The notes beneath the pieces were generated by a model, which searched no databases, was not told where the DNA came from, and was given only the letters and a program-made list of their open reading frames with translations. From IMG/VR virus record IMGVR_UViG_2630968748_000003: 64,000 nt of DNA. One strand, given 5' to 3'. The position numbers and the translations under genes were made by a program. Within the stretch, counting starts at the first letter, position 1. The number at the start of each line of letters is the position of its first letter. Source of the stretch: a virus. Shown piece after piece: positions 1 to 9,773 of this stretch.

Positions 1-223
1 AAACTTGTGCCTTGCCGTCCATATAACCAACAAAAAACTGGACGTAAGCACTGCCATAGTTGTTATGCATATACTGAACCTCATGCAGTAACGCTTGTGG
101 ATCTCGTTTGTCGTTATCATTACCTGATTCGTGGAGGATAATAAAACGGTTAGAAGCTAGCCGTGTATCACCTTGATAATCGTCTAATGTGTATGTCTTA
201 TTAATGATATTAGGATTAAACAT
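1..223 (-). CDS. Endolysin, N-terminal part (truncated by the window edge)
   Basis: Identical to 32471..32693. Confidence 0.95.
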   Translation of the reverse strand, partial: MFNPNIINKTYTLDDYQGDTRLASNRFIILHESGNDNDKRDPQALLHEVQYMHNNYGSAYVQFFVGYMDGKAQV

Positions 224-226
224 ATT

Positions 227-559
227 CTATCCTTTCATATCCAGATTTTTTTGTTCTTTGGTTGGTTTCCATTCGGTAGAATAACCACCCGCTACGCCTT
301 TAAATCCTGTAAATAGTCCTGCTGTACTTGCACCAACTAAAAAGCCAGCAAATCCGCTTTGATAAAGACTTGAATCATTTTGCATAAAGCCGACAAACAG
401 ACCAATTAACACCCCCAAAATCATTGATACAAACGGTAAATACTTGTTTGCTAATTTAATCTTACTGATCTTGATTGCTTGAGTAATTGCATACACCGCA
501 ACACCAATCAATGTAAGTTCTCCTGCACTAATCAAATTTAAACCTAAAATATAATCCAT
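227..559 (-). CDS. Holin
   Basis: 110 aa, 3 hydrophobic segments, charged C-terminus, directly upstream of the lysin. Confidence 0.85.
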   Translation of the reverse strand: MDYILGLNLISAGELTLIGVAVYAITQAIKISKIKLANKYLPFVSMILGVLIGLFVGFMQNDSSLYQSGFAGFLVGASTAGLFTGFKGVAGGYSTEWKPTKEQKNLDMKG

Positions 560-577
560 GTTTTTTCCTACCTATTG

Positions 578-883
578 TTATTTATTATTTTTAATACCAC
601 GCAAGCCAATCTGTCCAATTAATTGTGATTGCTCCTTTAACTCTTCAATTTGTTCGGAAAGTAAAGTAATTGAATGATTTAGCCGTGCAATTTCCGATTC
701 TAATTGAACTATTTTTATATCCCGAGTTTGAATATCGGCTAGTTGTGCCTTTAATTTGTCGATAAGTTCACCATCGGTTTCCTTGTCCGGTGCCCTTTGG
801 TTAATTTTCGCCACAATCACCCCCATAACGAGCGAGATAAGCATTCCCAAAACAGTAACCCAATCATGTTGCATTCTATCCAC
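578..883 (-). CDS. Membrane-anchored coiled-coil protein of the lysis cassette
   Basis: N-terminal TM segment followed by heptad-rich region. Confidence 0.7.
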   Translation of the reverse strand: MDRMQHDWVTVLGMLISLVMGVIVAKINQRAPDKETDGELIDKLKAQLADIQTRDIKIVQLESEIARLNHSITLLSEQIEELKEQSQLIGQIGLRGIKNNK

Positions 884-1274
884 CCGCCTTTGCTGTATGA
901 AAAATCAATACGATCACAAAGGCGGTTAATCCTGCACCGATCGAAAATTGATGTAACTCAATATCTATTTGAATAAATGTAATAAAAAAGAACACCCAGA
1001 CGGTACTTAGTAGACCGACAAAAATGTTCTTTATGTCCCAAAGTCTTATATTCCAAATGGAAATTAAAATTCCCACAGTTGCTAGGCACATAAGTAAAGC
1101 AAACATGAACGATGTGTCTAATAATCCTATAAAGCCCAGCCATGGGGGTGCCTGACTTAAAATATCTCTCTGGCTTTTTACAAACAAACCCAAATATGCA
1201 GTACATATTGATAGCCAAAACCATATCCAGTTGCGTTGGTAATGTCTGCCAATATGTAACAATTGTTCTTTCAT
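876..1274 (-). CDS. Multi-pass membrane protein (about 4 TM) of the lysis cassette
   Basis: 132 aa hydrophobic ORF with GGAGG RBS. Confidence 0.7.
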   Translation of the reverse strand: MKEQLLHIGRHYQRNWIWFWLSICTAYLGLFVKSQRDILSQAPPWLGFIGLLDTSFMFALLMCLATVGILISIWNIRLWDIKNIFVGLLSTVWVFFFITFIQIDIELHQFSIGAGLTAFVIVLIFHTAKAGG

Positions 1275-1283
1275 TGTTACCTC

Positions 1284-1418
1284 CTAGTCGATTGAGCTTA
1301 GATCAATTAAATTATTTTCTCCAACGTTAATTGTTACGATTTCCCCATCAGAATTTTTGATTTTGATAGCCCTAATTGTCTTTGTTGCTAATTCCGCAAC
1401 CTTTGATAAATCGTTCAT
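1284..1418 (-). CDS. 44-aa protein resembling the N-terminus of the upstream RBP
   Basis: Not in the ORF track; AGGAGG RBS; MNDLSKVAELATKTIRAIKIKNSDGEIVTINVGENNLIDLSSID. Confidence 0.75.
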   Translation of the reverse strand: MNDLSKVAELATKTIRAIKIKNSDGEIVTINVGENNLIDLSSID

Positions 1419-1428
1419 ATTAGCCCTC

Positions 1429-2115
1429 CTAATAAACCGTTATGGAGTCGAGTAGGAAACTAACCAAGCCACTAGACGCCGAACTTGCAACGGCATTGAA
1501 CTGATAATCAAGCATGAGTTTGCCGTCCTGTTCATGAAAATAGTAATCGAAATATGCAGACCTTATCGAAACCATTGCAATGTCTGGAACATCTTGCAAA
1601 TACATGTAACTTCCTAAACTTGAACTCTCAAACGGATAACGAACACCTTTCCCGACCATAGTTTTAAGTTGAGTTTTTGTGAATGAAACTCCGTCATCAG
1701 TCAATGTTGGTAGACCCGACGTTGAGGAACTGATCGGGCTTTCTCGTGAAAATAGCTTTGAACTTGTGATCTCACAACCATTCAATGCTGAACCAACCAA
1801 TATGTTTGTTTGTGCTTTGGAATGCTTGACGGTCAAACCATTAGGAATATTACTTAAATCAGACTTTATTCCTTTAAGTTCAACGGTTGCCATTTTGTTG
1901 TTTGATTGATAATCAAGAATGGTTGTCTGTGGAACTGCTACGCTGTCCCCTATGTTGATAGGTGTCGAGGTTGCAAAGTCGGATAAATCAAGAACTCCGT
2001 TTTGATCGGGTGTCCGAGTTATGATCGTACCTGCATTTTTTGGATCGTTGATTTTGACTCCAAACGCCGAACGAACCACTGCACGAGCCGTTGTTGTTAG
2101 ATTATTCTCTGCCAT
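1429..2115 (-). CDS. Putative receptor-binding / baseplate lower protein
   Basis: Position after the BppU-like gene; beta-rich C-terminal half. Confidence 0.6.
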   Translation of the reverse strand: MAENNLTTTARAVVRSAFGVKINDPKNAGTIITRTPDQNGVLDLSDFATSTPINIGDSVAVPQTTILDYQSNNKMATVELKGIKSDLSNIPNGLTVKHSKAQTNILVGSALNGCEITSSKLFSRESPISSSTSGLPTLTDDGVSFTKTQLKTMVGKGVRYPFESSSLGSYMYLQDVPDIAMVSIRSAYFDYYFHEQDGKLMLDYQFNAVASSASSGLVSFLLDSITVY

Positions 2116-2116
2116 A

Positions 2117-2791
2117 TTAAACAGCTCCTAACGTATGAATTTTCGCCAAAACGTCTGGATCAGAAATTTTGTCGTCTGTGTCCAAGTCCATTTCGTTCAC
2201 AATTCCCGTGATTACTTCTTGTGCTTCGGTTTTCTTGATAACATTATTGTCATCAATCAACTTTGTTATGTCCGCAAGTTTTGAGTCTAAATCGTCGATT
2301 TGCTTGCGAATATCTTCGGTGTCTAGTTCCGCATTCTTTGCTGTTTCTTGAATAGTCTGATACACGGAACTAATCTCATTGACAACGCTCTTTGCGTCTG
2401 AAATAAGCGAATTGCTTTCCGTACCGCCTACACCGTCCGCCCTCTGTACATAAATAATAAAGTTAGAGGTTGAGCTACCGTCAATTCTGAAATATGTTGC
2501 CGTTGTTGATCCGGAGGACTGATAAATCTCCGCAGGTAGTTTGTATGTAAACCCAATCGGCTTGCCTAAAATATCGTTGAATATTTCAAAGTTCGATTGT
2601 TCTTTGTCTTGTATGACTTGTTCATCAAATTTCGTGCAATCAAATTCAAATACACTGTCGGTTGTGATCGTGAGTCCCTCGTCCAATGTAACTTTGATCG
2701 TGTCTTGACTGTCGTCTTGTCTGATCCATACAGGTTGAGCGATATATCTTTTTGCTTTGCTATCATCTAGCGTTATCTCTGTAACTGTCAT
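2117..2791 (-). CDS. BppU-like baseplate upper protein
   Basis: N-terminal RQDD..TIKVTL..FTYKLP..YFRI pattern followed by a coiled coil. Confidence 0.75.
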   Translation of the reverse strand: MTVTEITLDDSKAKRYIAQPVWIRQDDSQDTIKVTLDEGLTITTDSVFEFDCTKFDEQVIQDKEQSNFEIFNDILGKPIGFTYKLPAEIYQSSGSTTATYFRIDGSSTSNFIIYVQRADGVGGTESNSLISDAKSVVNEISSVYQTIQETAKNAELDTEDIRKQIDDLDSKLADITKLIDDNNVIKKTEAQEVITGIVNEMDLDTDDKISDPDVLAKIHTLGAV

Positions 2792-2801
2792 GCTTTACCT
2801 C

Positions 2802-4265
2802 CTATGAGTATTTTTTAATTCTTGTTCGGATCATATCCTCGATACCGCTTTGCCTTGCCTCTGGTGTGAGGGCAAATGTTGAGCCGGCAACAACGGTGGA
2901 ATTGTGAATATTTAATAGATTTCTATTGATCTCTGTTATTCGTTCCTCGACGTAAACGTCTAGCCGTTCATCATACAAATAGATTGTGTCCCCAATTCCG
3001 ACAGTCCCAATTTGATTGAACGACGTTTCTAATTTCCGTTTAGGTGTACACATTGTTAATAGTTTCATGTATGTTCTGGACAACAATCTTGATGAGAGGA
3101 CTTCGTCATCAAATGTAACAACACCAATTCGTGGACTTCCGTCGCTGTACCCATAACTTGCGGTTGCGGACGGAACTTCCACATAGCCTTGACCTTTTGG
3201 TTTGTTGACTGGTGCCTTGGGACTTGTCCATTCAACTTGCGTGAAATCAACTATTCGCTCTGTGGTTGCCCCACCTGTCGAGGTTGTCGAGTTGTCCTCA
3301 TCTGTGATTATTTCGTTGTCATCTTGTGCCGCTGTGAAATCAACATCAATGTAATTGACGTATTGGTTTGTAGACACTCGATAATACTTTTCGTGAGTGC
3401 TTGCCTTTTCCATATACATATCTGTACGCCATTCACTATCTTGTCCAAGTCGTCTGCCTGTGTATGGAACTAATTCACGGGTGTATAAAATAGCAAAGGT
3501 CTTATTTACCTTGACTGTTCCGGGGCTTGGTACGTCGTTCCATTGATCCGAAACGGGGGCGTCTGGTTCTTCTATTTTGAGTGTTGCTCCATAGCCGACC
3601 AACGCTGTATATATTCCCGACCTATCCTCGGTGTACTTTGATCCGGTCAAGTCTTTTCTTACGTCAAAATGTAGGTCGGTTCTATCTTCTCCTAATTGTT
3701 TGTACACGTTTATTGCTCGTTTTGTGATCGTGTTTCCTTGGAATTGATACACAAAATCAAACTCAAAGCCCCAATCTTCAACGGCTTTGCTAAGTACCGA
3801 GCTAACTGTTACGTCCTCATCATCAAACGACTGTGGTTCGTACTCGTCGTGATCGGGCGTAACTCCAACGATCCATGTTTTTTCATTCGGCAAAGCATAG
3901 ATTAATTGATCCAGTAACTCATCAACGTACAACAACCCTGTGGTGTCGTCTTTTCCCCATATCTTGCCGACCCAAGTTGCTGTCATGTCCTCATACATTG
4001 TTTCAAAGCCTTTGAAATTGATTTCTGAAACTGTCATGTCAAAGGTGGTAATGGAATACAGGTGTGCAAAATCGGGGTCATTTGCATAAGTGGGAACTGC
4101 AACATACCGGCTTTTTTGAGCCAACTCACTATTTCTCTTACTAAACGGAATAGAACAATCTAATTCGTTTGCCTTGTTGATTTGAATTTTCTCTGTTCCA
4201 CTAAGTTGACGATCAACAATTCCGAGTAGTGATTGAGTTTCGTCCAAAAAATAAAGTAATGTCAT
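2802..4265 (-). CDS. Tal (tail-associated baseplate hub) with an inserted SLAP-like domain
   Basis: Follows Dit; prophage tail motifs IYTALVGYG and FTQVEW..KPKGQ; insert at about residues 232-337. Confidence 0.85.
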   Translation of the reverse strand: MTLLYFLDETQSLLGIVDRQLSGTEKIQINKANELDCSIPFSKRNSELAQKSRYVAVPTYANDPDFAHLYSITTFDMTVSEINFKGFETMYEDMTATWVGKIWGKDDTTGLLYVDELLDQLIYALPNEKTWIVGVTPDHDEYEPQSFDDEDVTVSSVLSKAVEDWGFEFDFVYQFQGNTITKRAINVYKQLGEDRTDLHFDVRKDLTGSKYTEDRSGIYTALVGYGATLKIEEPDAPVSDQWNDVPSPGTVKVNKTFAILYTRELVPYTGRRLGQDSEWRTDMYMEKASTHEKYYRVSTNQYVNYIDVDFTAAQDDNEIITDEDNSTTSTGGATTERIVDFTQVEWTSPKAPVNKPKGQGYVEVPSATASYGYSDGSPRIGVVTFDDEVLSSRLLSRTYMKLLTMCTPKRKLETSFNQIGTVGIGDTIYLYDERLDVYVEERITEINRNLLNIHNSTVVAGSTFALTPEARQSGIEDMIRTRIKKYS

Positions 4266-5071
4266 AACAGTTTCCCTCCTATTTTAATAGTGACCGAGCA
4301 ATTTCGACTTGTAACAATTGTGCTACCTTTCTTTATTGCAAAGTCTTGTATTTGACTTATGTACATCAGTTTTGCAGGTGTTGGTTGTCCAAAGTAATAA
4401 ACATATTTATTCTCTGGATCATTAGGAATAACCGTTACCTCGTCCCTATTTGAATATGAACCCTCAATAAATATTTCATGCCCGTTCCCGTCTTGAATGT
4501 ATGTGTTTTGAACGTCGTCCGTATAATTGAACGTGATTTCTTGTGGTTGTGTGTAGTACGGAATTTCGTTTGTGATCGTGAACGTTCCACTTCCTGTGAT
4601 TTCATACGGGTGTTTTGGATATTTGAACGGGTCAATACAAGTGATCGTGAATGTTGAAAAGCCCTCATTCACACCGGACGGAAATTCTTCCACGGCACTA
4701 ACTGCACCTATCCAGTAATACTCTGGTTCATCACGGAAATAGAACTTGAAAACTTCCCGTGTAAACAATTGTTGGTTCAATAAATTAAAACTGTAACGGA
4801 ACTCCGTCGAGTTCTTTGCAGCTAGTAGATATTTGACCTTTATTTCTCTTGTCGGTAGTCGTCTGTTTAAGATGAAACCGCCGTCGTAATAATCGCTCTC
4901 ATGAACGTTTAATTCCGGCGTAGCTAATTCCCTACCACTTACTTGAACTGTCTGATAGCCATTCACAATGCTTTCAATCGGCAAGTCTGTGTCCATGAAA
5001 TACATTGCCTCCGTCGGCATGAATAAATCGTCATCATTCGATACACGATCAAGATTTCTAAATTTATACAT
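4262..5071 (-). CDS. Distal tail protein (Dit)
   Basis: VSGRE..RRLPTREIKVKY and FTITCIDPFKY motifs; follows the TMP. Confidence 0.9.
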   Translation of the reverse strand: MYKFRNLDRVSNDDDLFMPTEAMYFMDTDLPIESIVNGYQTVQVSGRELATPELNVHESDYYDGGFILNRRLPTREIKVKYLLAAKNSTEFRYSFNLLNQQLFTREVFKFYFRDEPEYYWIGAVSAVEEFPSGVNEGFSTFTITCIDPFKYPKHPYEITGSGTFTITNEIPYYTQPQEITFNYTDDVQNTYIQDGNGHEIFIEGSYSNRDEVTVIPNDPENKYVYYFGQPTPAKLMYISQIQDFAIKKGSTIVTSRNCSVTIKIGGKLL

Positions 5072-5074
5072 GAA

Positions 5075-7921
5075 CTAGAACCCCCTCCCGAAACGTTGTT
5101 GAATGTTTAAATCTTGTTGACTTGTAATGTCATCAGTAAATGTTGAGAACGAAGAACCGCCCATTGTTAGGTTGATATATGCCGGTTGAGCTGCAAGAGT
5201 CATATCTCCACTAACACTTGCTTGCATTCCTGTTTGCAACTGTCTGTTTGCTGAATTGATGGCTCCGGAAATATTGCTAATCCCAATATCTGGTTGCATT
5301 AGTTCACTGATTCTATCTGCCATACCAGAAACATGGGATTTTACCTCTTTAAATCCATGGACTAATCCGCCATTTAATCCACCCATGATTGCATTACCGG
5401 CAGGAATTAACAGTTTTCTATCATACTGGATTGGACCCTTGTGATCTTTTATCCAACTACCAATACCACCGATAAACTTTTTGACACTTTCAAAAGCTGA
5501 ACGCAGTCCCTTTTCAAAACTCTTGATAATTGCACGGCCTGCCTCTCCTAGATCTATATCACCTAATTTATCAAATAGTCTTTTTATCGAGTTTATAACA
5601 TCAGAAACAATTTTCCTCATAGCATTCATTGCGTTAGATAGTGCCTCTTTCATACCACTCCAGACGTCCTGAGCAAATGATTTAATGCCGTTCCAGGTAT
5701 TTGTCCAAAAAGTTTTAATTGAATTAAGGACTGCTGAGATGACAGACAGTACTGCAGTGATACTTGCTTGAATAACAGCTATAATTCCATCCCATATTGC
5801 TTGGGCAACAGACATTATCCCATTCCAAATACTCGACCAAATAGAGGCAATCGCACTTAACACAGAAGAAATGATGGAGACTATTGCACTTAAAACAGTA
5901 GAGATCACTGTGGAAATCATATTCCAAACCTCTGAAACAATAGAAACGAGTGCATTCCATGCTCCACCCCAATCTCCTTGAATTACTGCCATAACCAATT
6001 GAATCACGCTGGCAATTACATTCAATGCAGTTGAAACAACCGTACTGATAACTGTCCAAACGGATTGAACAACCACTACTAAAATCTGCCAACCCGTTTG
6101 GAAAATGGTTTGCATTATTGTCATGTATGTCTGTACTACGGTAACTATTGTTGTCCAAACCGTGGTAAATATTGTTGCTATCCCAGACCATAATGCCGTG
6201 AAGAATGGTGCAATCGGTGTCCATATCATTTGTATGAATTGAACTAAGGTGTTCCACAAGTTTTGAATGGAGCTAATTATTGGAGTTAGTCCTGTGACAA
6301 TAGAATTCCAAACATTAGTAAAAAACTCACCAATGCTGGAAAACAGTGTTGTAAGAAAGTCGACTAACCCTTGCCAAGCCTGTTGAATAAACCCAACTGT
6401 GGTTGAAACTATTGTTTTGCCTGTTTTTGTTGTGGTTAAAAATGCAACTACGGCACCAACGGCACCCGCTATTGCAGTTACAATTAATCCAATTGGTCCA
6501 GTTAATGCAAATATTCCAGCCGCCAAAACAACTAATCCAGTTCCAGCTAAAATTAGCTGACCTTTCGTTGTCCCTAATAAATCGTTAAATAATTGGAATA
6601 CACTAGTTGACGAACTAACATCTACTCCCATTGCTTGTAATCCACTTGATATACCTTGTATTGCACTGTCAAAGCCACCATGAATGGTCTTAGCAATGTT
6701 ATCAATAGCCTGTCTAAATGGTTCTGACGTTGTGTAAGCCTTGTAAAAAGCAACCGCTAAAAGCGCAATTCCTGCCGCTATTAATCCAATTGGACTGAGA
6801 ATAAAACTAAATGCTGAACCTAGGTTCTTTAATCCAATAACAGTTGCATTTAGTTGGGGAGCAATTGTACTAAATGCCATTAATCCCATGACACCAGTCG
6901 AAACCGCTGTTAATAAACCTGAAAGTGGTGAGAGTGAACCCCCAAAATTCTTAAAATTACTAATTACACCCGGAATAGATCCATTTAGTTTTTGAAAACC
7001 TGCGTCAATAAGATTTTGTCCCTTGTTAATGTTATCCGCCATTGTTGGGAATCCGTTGCTTGTCAATCCTTTATCAATTGCAGTAAGCATATTTGCCATA
7101 CCACGAGTTACCGCATTTTGAAGGTTATCAAAACTTGTTTGAATACCTCCCGAAGCGGTCCGGGCTTGACTAGCGAAACCACTGACGCCACTGTCTAGTT
7201 CAACAAATTTTTGATTCAATTGATCCACAGTTATTGATCCGTCCTGTAAGGCGGCATATAAGTCATTTGTTGCACTTCTACCGGCATAACCGAATGCCTC
7301 AGCGACCTTTTTGAGTGCTGACGGCATGGTTTCTTGTAGCGTACGCCAGCTCATTAGATCTACCTTACCCGACGATAGCATTTGAGTATACTGCTGTAAT
7401 CCACGGGCGGCGTCCGCTGCACTTGATCCACTCGCAAGGAAAGCGTCATTCAATGCGATTGTTGTCTTTGCAGCCGTGTCAACGTCCCCAGTGATAGAGG
7501 CGAATTGTTGCGTGGTTGAAACAACGTCATCAAGAGCGGTAGGCAAGCCTTTGATACCATTTTGCAAAGTGTCCATTGACTTGCTTACGTCCTTAGCTGA
7601 ATAGCCCAATTGCTCCATTACCTTTGGATATTGGTTCAAGGTATCGAAACGGGAAATAGCTCCACTAACCGAGTTCTTAACCATATCAACCGCTTTACCG
7701 ACAAGTTGCATTGCTCCGATACCTGCTGCAATGTTCAAAATTGAGCTACGAGCTTGATCGGCTTTTTGACTCAACCCGTCCATTGATCGGTTTGCACCGT
7801 CGAAACTTGATCCGGCATTCTTGCCGAACCCATTCAATGAGTTTGCAGCATTCTTCAATGTGTTTGAAAAGCCTTTGTCTTGTAGTGATAGAACACCCTC
7901 AACGTTAAAACTTTGACCCAT
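5075..7921 (-). CDS. Tape measure protein
   Basis: 948 aa; tape-measure domain (AISRFDTLNQYPKVM) and Trp-periodic amphipathic repeats. Confidence 0.97.
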   Translation of the reverse strand: MGQSFNVEGVLSLQDKGFSNTLKNAANSLNGFGKNAGSSFDGANRSMDGLSQKADQARSSILNIAAGIGAMQLVGKAVDMVKNSVSGAISRFDTLNQYPKVMEQLGYSAKDVSKSMDTLQNGIKGLPTALDDVVSTTQQFASITGDVDTAAKTTIALNDAFLASGSSAADAARGLQQYTQMLSSGKVDLMSWRTLQETMPSALKKVAEAFGYAGRSATNDLYAALQDGSITVDQLNQKFVELDSGVSGFASQARTASGGIQTSFDNLQNAVTRGMANMLTAIDKGLTSNGFPTMADNINKGQNLIDAGFQKLNGSIPGVISNFKNFGGSLSPLSGLLTAVSTGVMGLMAFSTIAPQLNATVIGLKNLGSAFSFILSPIGLIAAGIALLAVAFYKAYTTSEPFRQAIDNIAKTIHGGFDSAIQGISSGLQAMGVDVSSSTSVFQLFNDLLGTTKGQLILAGTGLVVLAAGIFALTGPIGLIVTAIAGAVGAVVAFLTTTKTGKTIVSTTVGFIQQAWQGLVDFLTTLFSSIGEFFTNVWNSIVTGLTPIISSIQNLWNTLVQFIQMIWTPIAPFFTALWSGIATIFTTVWTTIVTVVQTYMTIMQTIFQTGWQILVVVVQSVWTVISTVVSTALNVIASVIQLVMAVIQGDWGGAWNALVSIVSEVWNMISTVISTVLSAIVSIISSVLSAIASIWSSIWNGIMSVAQAIWDGIIAVIQASITAVLSVISAVLNSIKTFWTNTWNGIKSFAQDVWSGMKEALSNAMNAMRKIVSDVINSIKRLFDKLGDIDLGEAGRAIIKSFEKGLRSAFESVKKFIGGIGSWIKDHKGPIQYDRKLLIPAGNAIMGGLNGGLVHGFKEVKSHVSGMADRISELMQPDIGISNISGAINSANRQLQTGMQASVSGDMTLAAQPAYINLTMGGSSFSTFTDDITSQQDLNIQQRFGRGF

Positions 7922-7959
7922 AATTCCTCCTCTCTAGCAAAAAAGGGACAACACGAAAT

Positions 7960-8352
7960 TTAATTCGGTTGCCCCTTTTGTTTTTGCTTCTCTTTTTGTT
8001 TTTCTCGTTCTCTGTATATTTGTAGTATTTCGTCCTGTTCCCTTTGTTCTGACTCATGTTCTGACTCATTAAGGGGAATGTAATTAGGATCAAAACTCTT
8101 GTGAACATTATTTTTGTAAGCTGTCGAGTCGAAAAATTCATCAAACTTCGTGTACTTCGGTTTAGGGTGCTTAGATGAACCCTTGGTTGCCTGTACTGTC
8201 TGATTGAGCCACGCTTGCAAAGCAATGTTCTCTTGTTCATCTATCCGTGTGATCTGGTACGCCTCTAAACGCAAGAAATACTCCTGTATGCTCATTTTGG
8301 ATATTTCGACTAGGTCTGTTAGTCCAAAACGAGAAATTGCATTCAAGAGCAT
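7960..8352 (-). CDS. Tail assembly chaperone gpT-like ORF (likely made as a -1 frameshift fusion)
   Basis: Lies between TAC and TMP; its frame is open upstream through A AAA AAA at 8442-8448. Confidence 0.8.
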   Translation of the reverse strand: MLLNAISRFGLTDLVEISKMSIQEYFLRLEAYQITRIDEQENIALQAWLNQTVQATKGSSKHPKPKYTKFDEFFDSTAYKNNVHKSFDPNYIPLNESEHESEQREQDEILQIYREREKQKEKQKQKGQPN

Positions 8353-8396
8353 TTCCCTGTACGTTTGCTCGGAACTGATCGGCTTTTTATTGCCGT

Positions 8397-8738
8397 CTAG
8401 TTCTGTGTTAGCTTGTTGACTGAAAAGCGAACCACTGGCGATTTTTTTAGTTCTGCCAAAACGTCCGTGAATAGTTTTTCAATTTGCTTGTCTGTTTGTG
8501 ATCCAACTGCATTTGCTACGTCGTCATAACTTGGACGAGGGTTATCGGCATGAGTTGCACAATAGAGAGCGTTAATCAATGCAAGCATGTCCCAACCTTT
8601 CAATGCAGGTAATGTTCTTGTGAGAGCCATTCCCATTGAAATGCCTTGCACGTCAACACCTGCAACCTTGTCGAGTTCTCTCAAAAAACCGATACCGAAA
8701 TTCAATTCAAATTCTTTGTCGTTTACTTTAATGTTCAT
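8397..8738 (-). CDS. Tail assembly chaperone (gpG-like)
   Basis: ELNFGIGFLRELD motif; follows the major tail protein. Confidence 0.85.
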   Translation of the reverse strand: MNIKVNDKEFELNFGIGFLRELDKVAGVDVQGISMGMALTRTLPALKGWDMLALINALYCATHADNPRPSYDDVANAVGSQTDKQIEKLFTDVLAELKKSPVVRFSVNKLTQN

Positions 8739-8763
8739 AATTGTTCTCCTAATTAGTTAGTTT

Positions 8764-9360
8764 TTATTCTGTGGCTGGTGCTTTTGGTTGGTTTGCTCCG
8801 TCGGCTTCTTCGTCGTACTTAGTACCGCCTGCGGTGTCGTTGTCGTCCTTAGCAATATCCAAACCACGGAAAATATAATCAAAGTCGGCTTGTTGATCGT
8901 CTGAAAGTGAAAGCCAACCGTCTTTTGGTGTGCCGTCAACTGTGAAAGTAACATCACGTGTTGAAAGGTCATCGGCGTCGTTGTCGTTGCTATCTTCGTT
9001 TACTGAACCTCTCATATACCATGCGTAAACTTCCTTTGTTGAACCGTCCGTATTTGTCTTGATACGGTCTTTGTTTACGATCCATGCCTCAACCTTGCGA
9101 CCGTCAAATAATGCGTGTCTGATTTTATCAGCAATGAAATGGTTGTTGTTTACGAACTCAACTTCAAGTTCTGTCTCAACGCTTGATTGAGAGGAAACTG
9201 ATCCATCTTTAGTAGCTGTTGAATCAGAGTCAACACTTGGGTCAAAACTCAATGATGTCTGATAAGGAACAAGTTGAGCCTCCATCTTTGCTTGGTCCTC
9301 TAAAAGACGGACAAACAATACTGCATTTTTACCTTGTAATTTAACTAATTGTTCTGCCAT
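8764..9360 (-). CDS. Major tail protein, TP901-1 family
   Basis: LQGKNAVLFVR..YQT..DSDSTATKDG..VEAW motifs. Confidence 0.9.
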   Translation of the reverse strand: MAEQLVKLQGKNAVLFVRLLEDQAKMEAQLVPYQTSLSFDPSVDSDSTATKDGSVSSQSSVETELEVEFVNNNHFIADKIRHALFDGRKVEAWIVNKDRIKTNTDGSTKEVYAWYMRGSVNEDSNDNDADDLSTRDVTFTVDGTPKDGWLSLSDDQQADFDYIFRGLDIAKDDNDTAGGTKYDEEADGANQPKAPATE

Positions 9361-9374
9361 GTTTTAACTCTCCT

Positions 9375-9773
9375 TTAAATTATTTCAAAATGTAAATTCA
9401 TGATTCCATGTAAGAGGATTTGACCCTCAACACTGTAATCTGTAACGAGTCTTGTTTCTGATCGTTGCATATCAAAAACAGTCGTGTAATTCTTGGTGCT
9501 TTTAATTTTTACCGCCTCATGTAAGAAGTCATTCATCATATTGGATATAACTGCACGATTGCTTGCGTTATTCCATAAATCAATATCAAGTTCTAAATTG
9601 CCATCTAAGCTGTTTTTCGTGCTATCAGGTGTAAGAGAAGTATCTCCAATAATAACGAACGGGTAAGGTACGTTTTCCTCTTCGGTAGGCAAATAGTCGT
9701 AGGTGTCAAACCCTTTATTTGTCGAATATTTAAAAAAATAATTGAATATTTCTAACTCTGGGGAAAATATCAT
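9375..9773 (-). CDS. Tail terminator protein
   Basis: YDYLP..VPYPFVIIG motif; synteny. Confidence 0.8.
   Translation of the reverse strand: MIFSPELEIFNYFFKYSTNKGFDTYDYLPTEEENVPYPFVIIGDTSLTPDSTKNSLDGNLELDIDLWNNASNRAVISNMMNDFLHEAVKIKSTKNYTTVFDMQRSETRLVTDYSVEGQILLHGIMNLHFEII

Noticed and set aside
1429-4265. Diversity-generating retroelement or invertible tail-fibre cassette
   Set aside because: No reverse transcriptase, no TR/VR pair, no invertase, and no inverted repeats around the RBP
5700-6400. Periodic repeats in the TMP and the overlapping 177-aa ORF (5724..6257)
   Set aside because: Ordinary amphipathic TMP repeats; the alternative frame is a by-product of codon bias
8757-8800. Frameshift extension of the major tail protein
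   Set aside because: Alternative frames close within a few codons and no Ig/FN3 ORF follows
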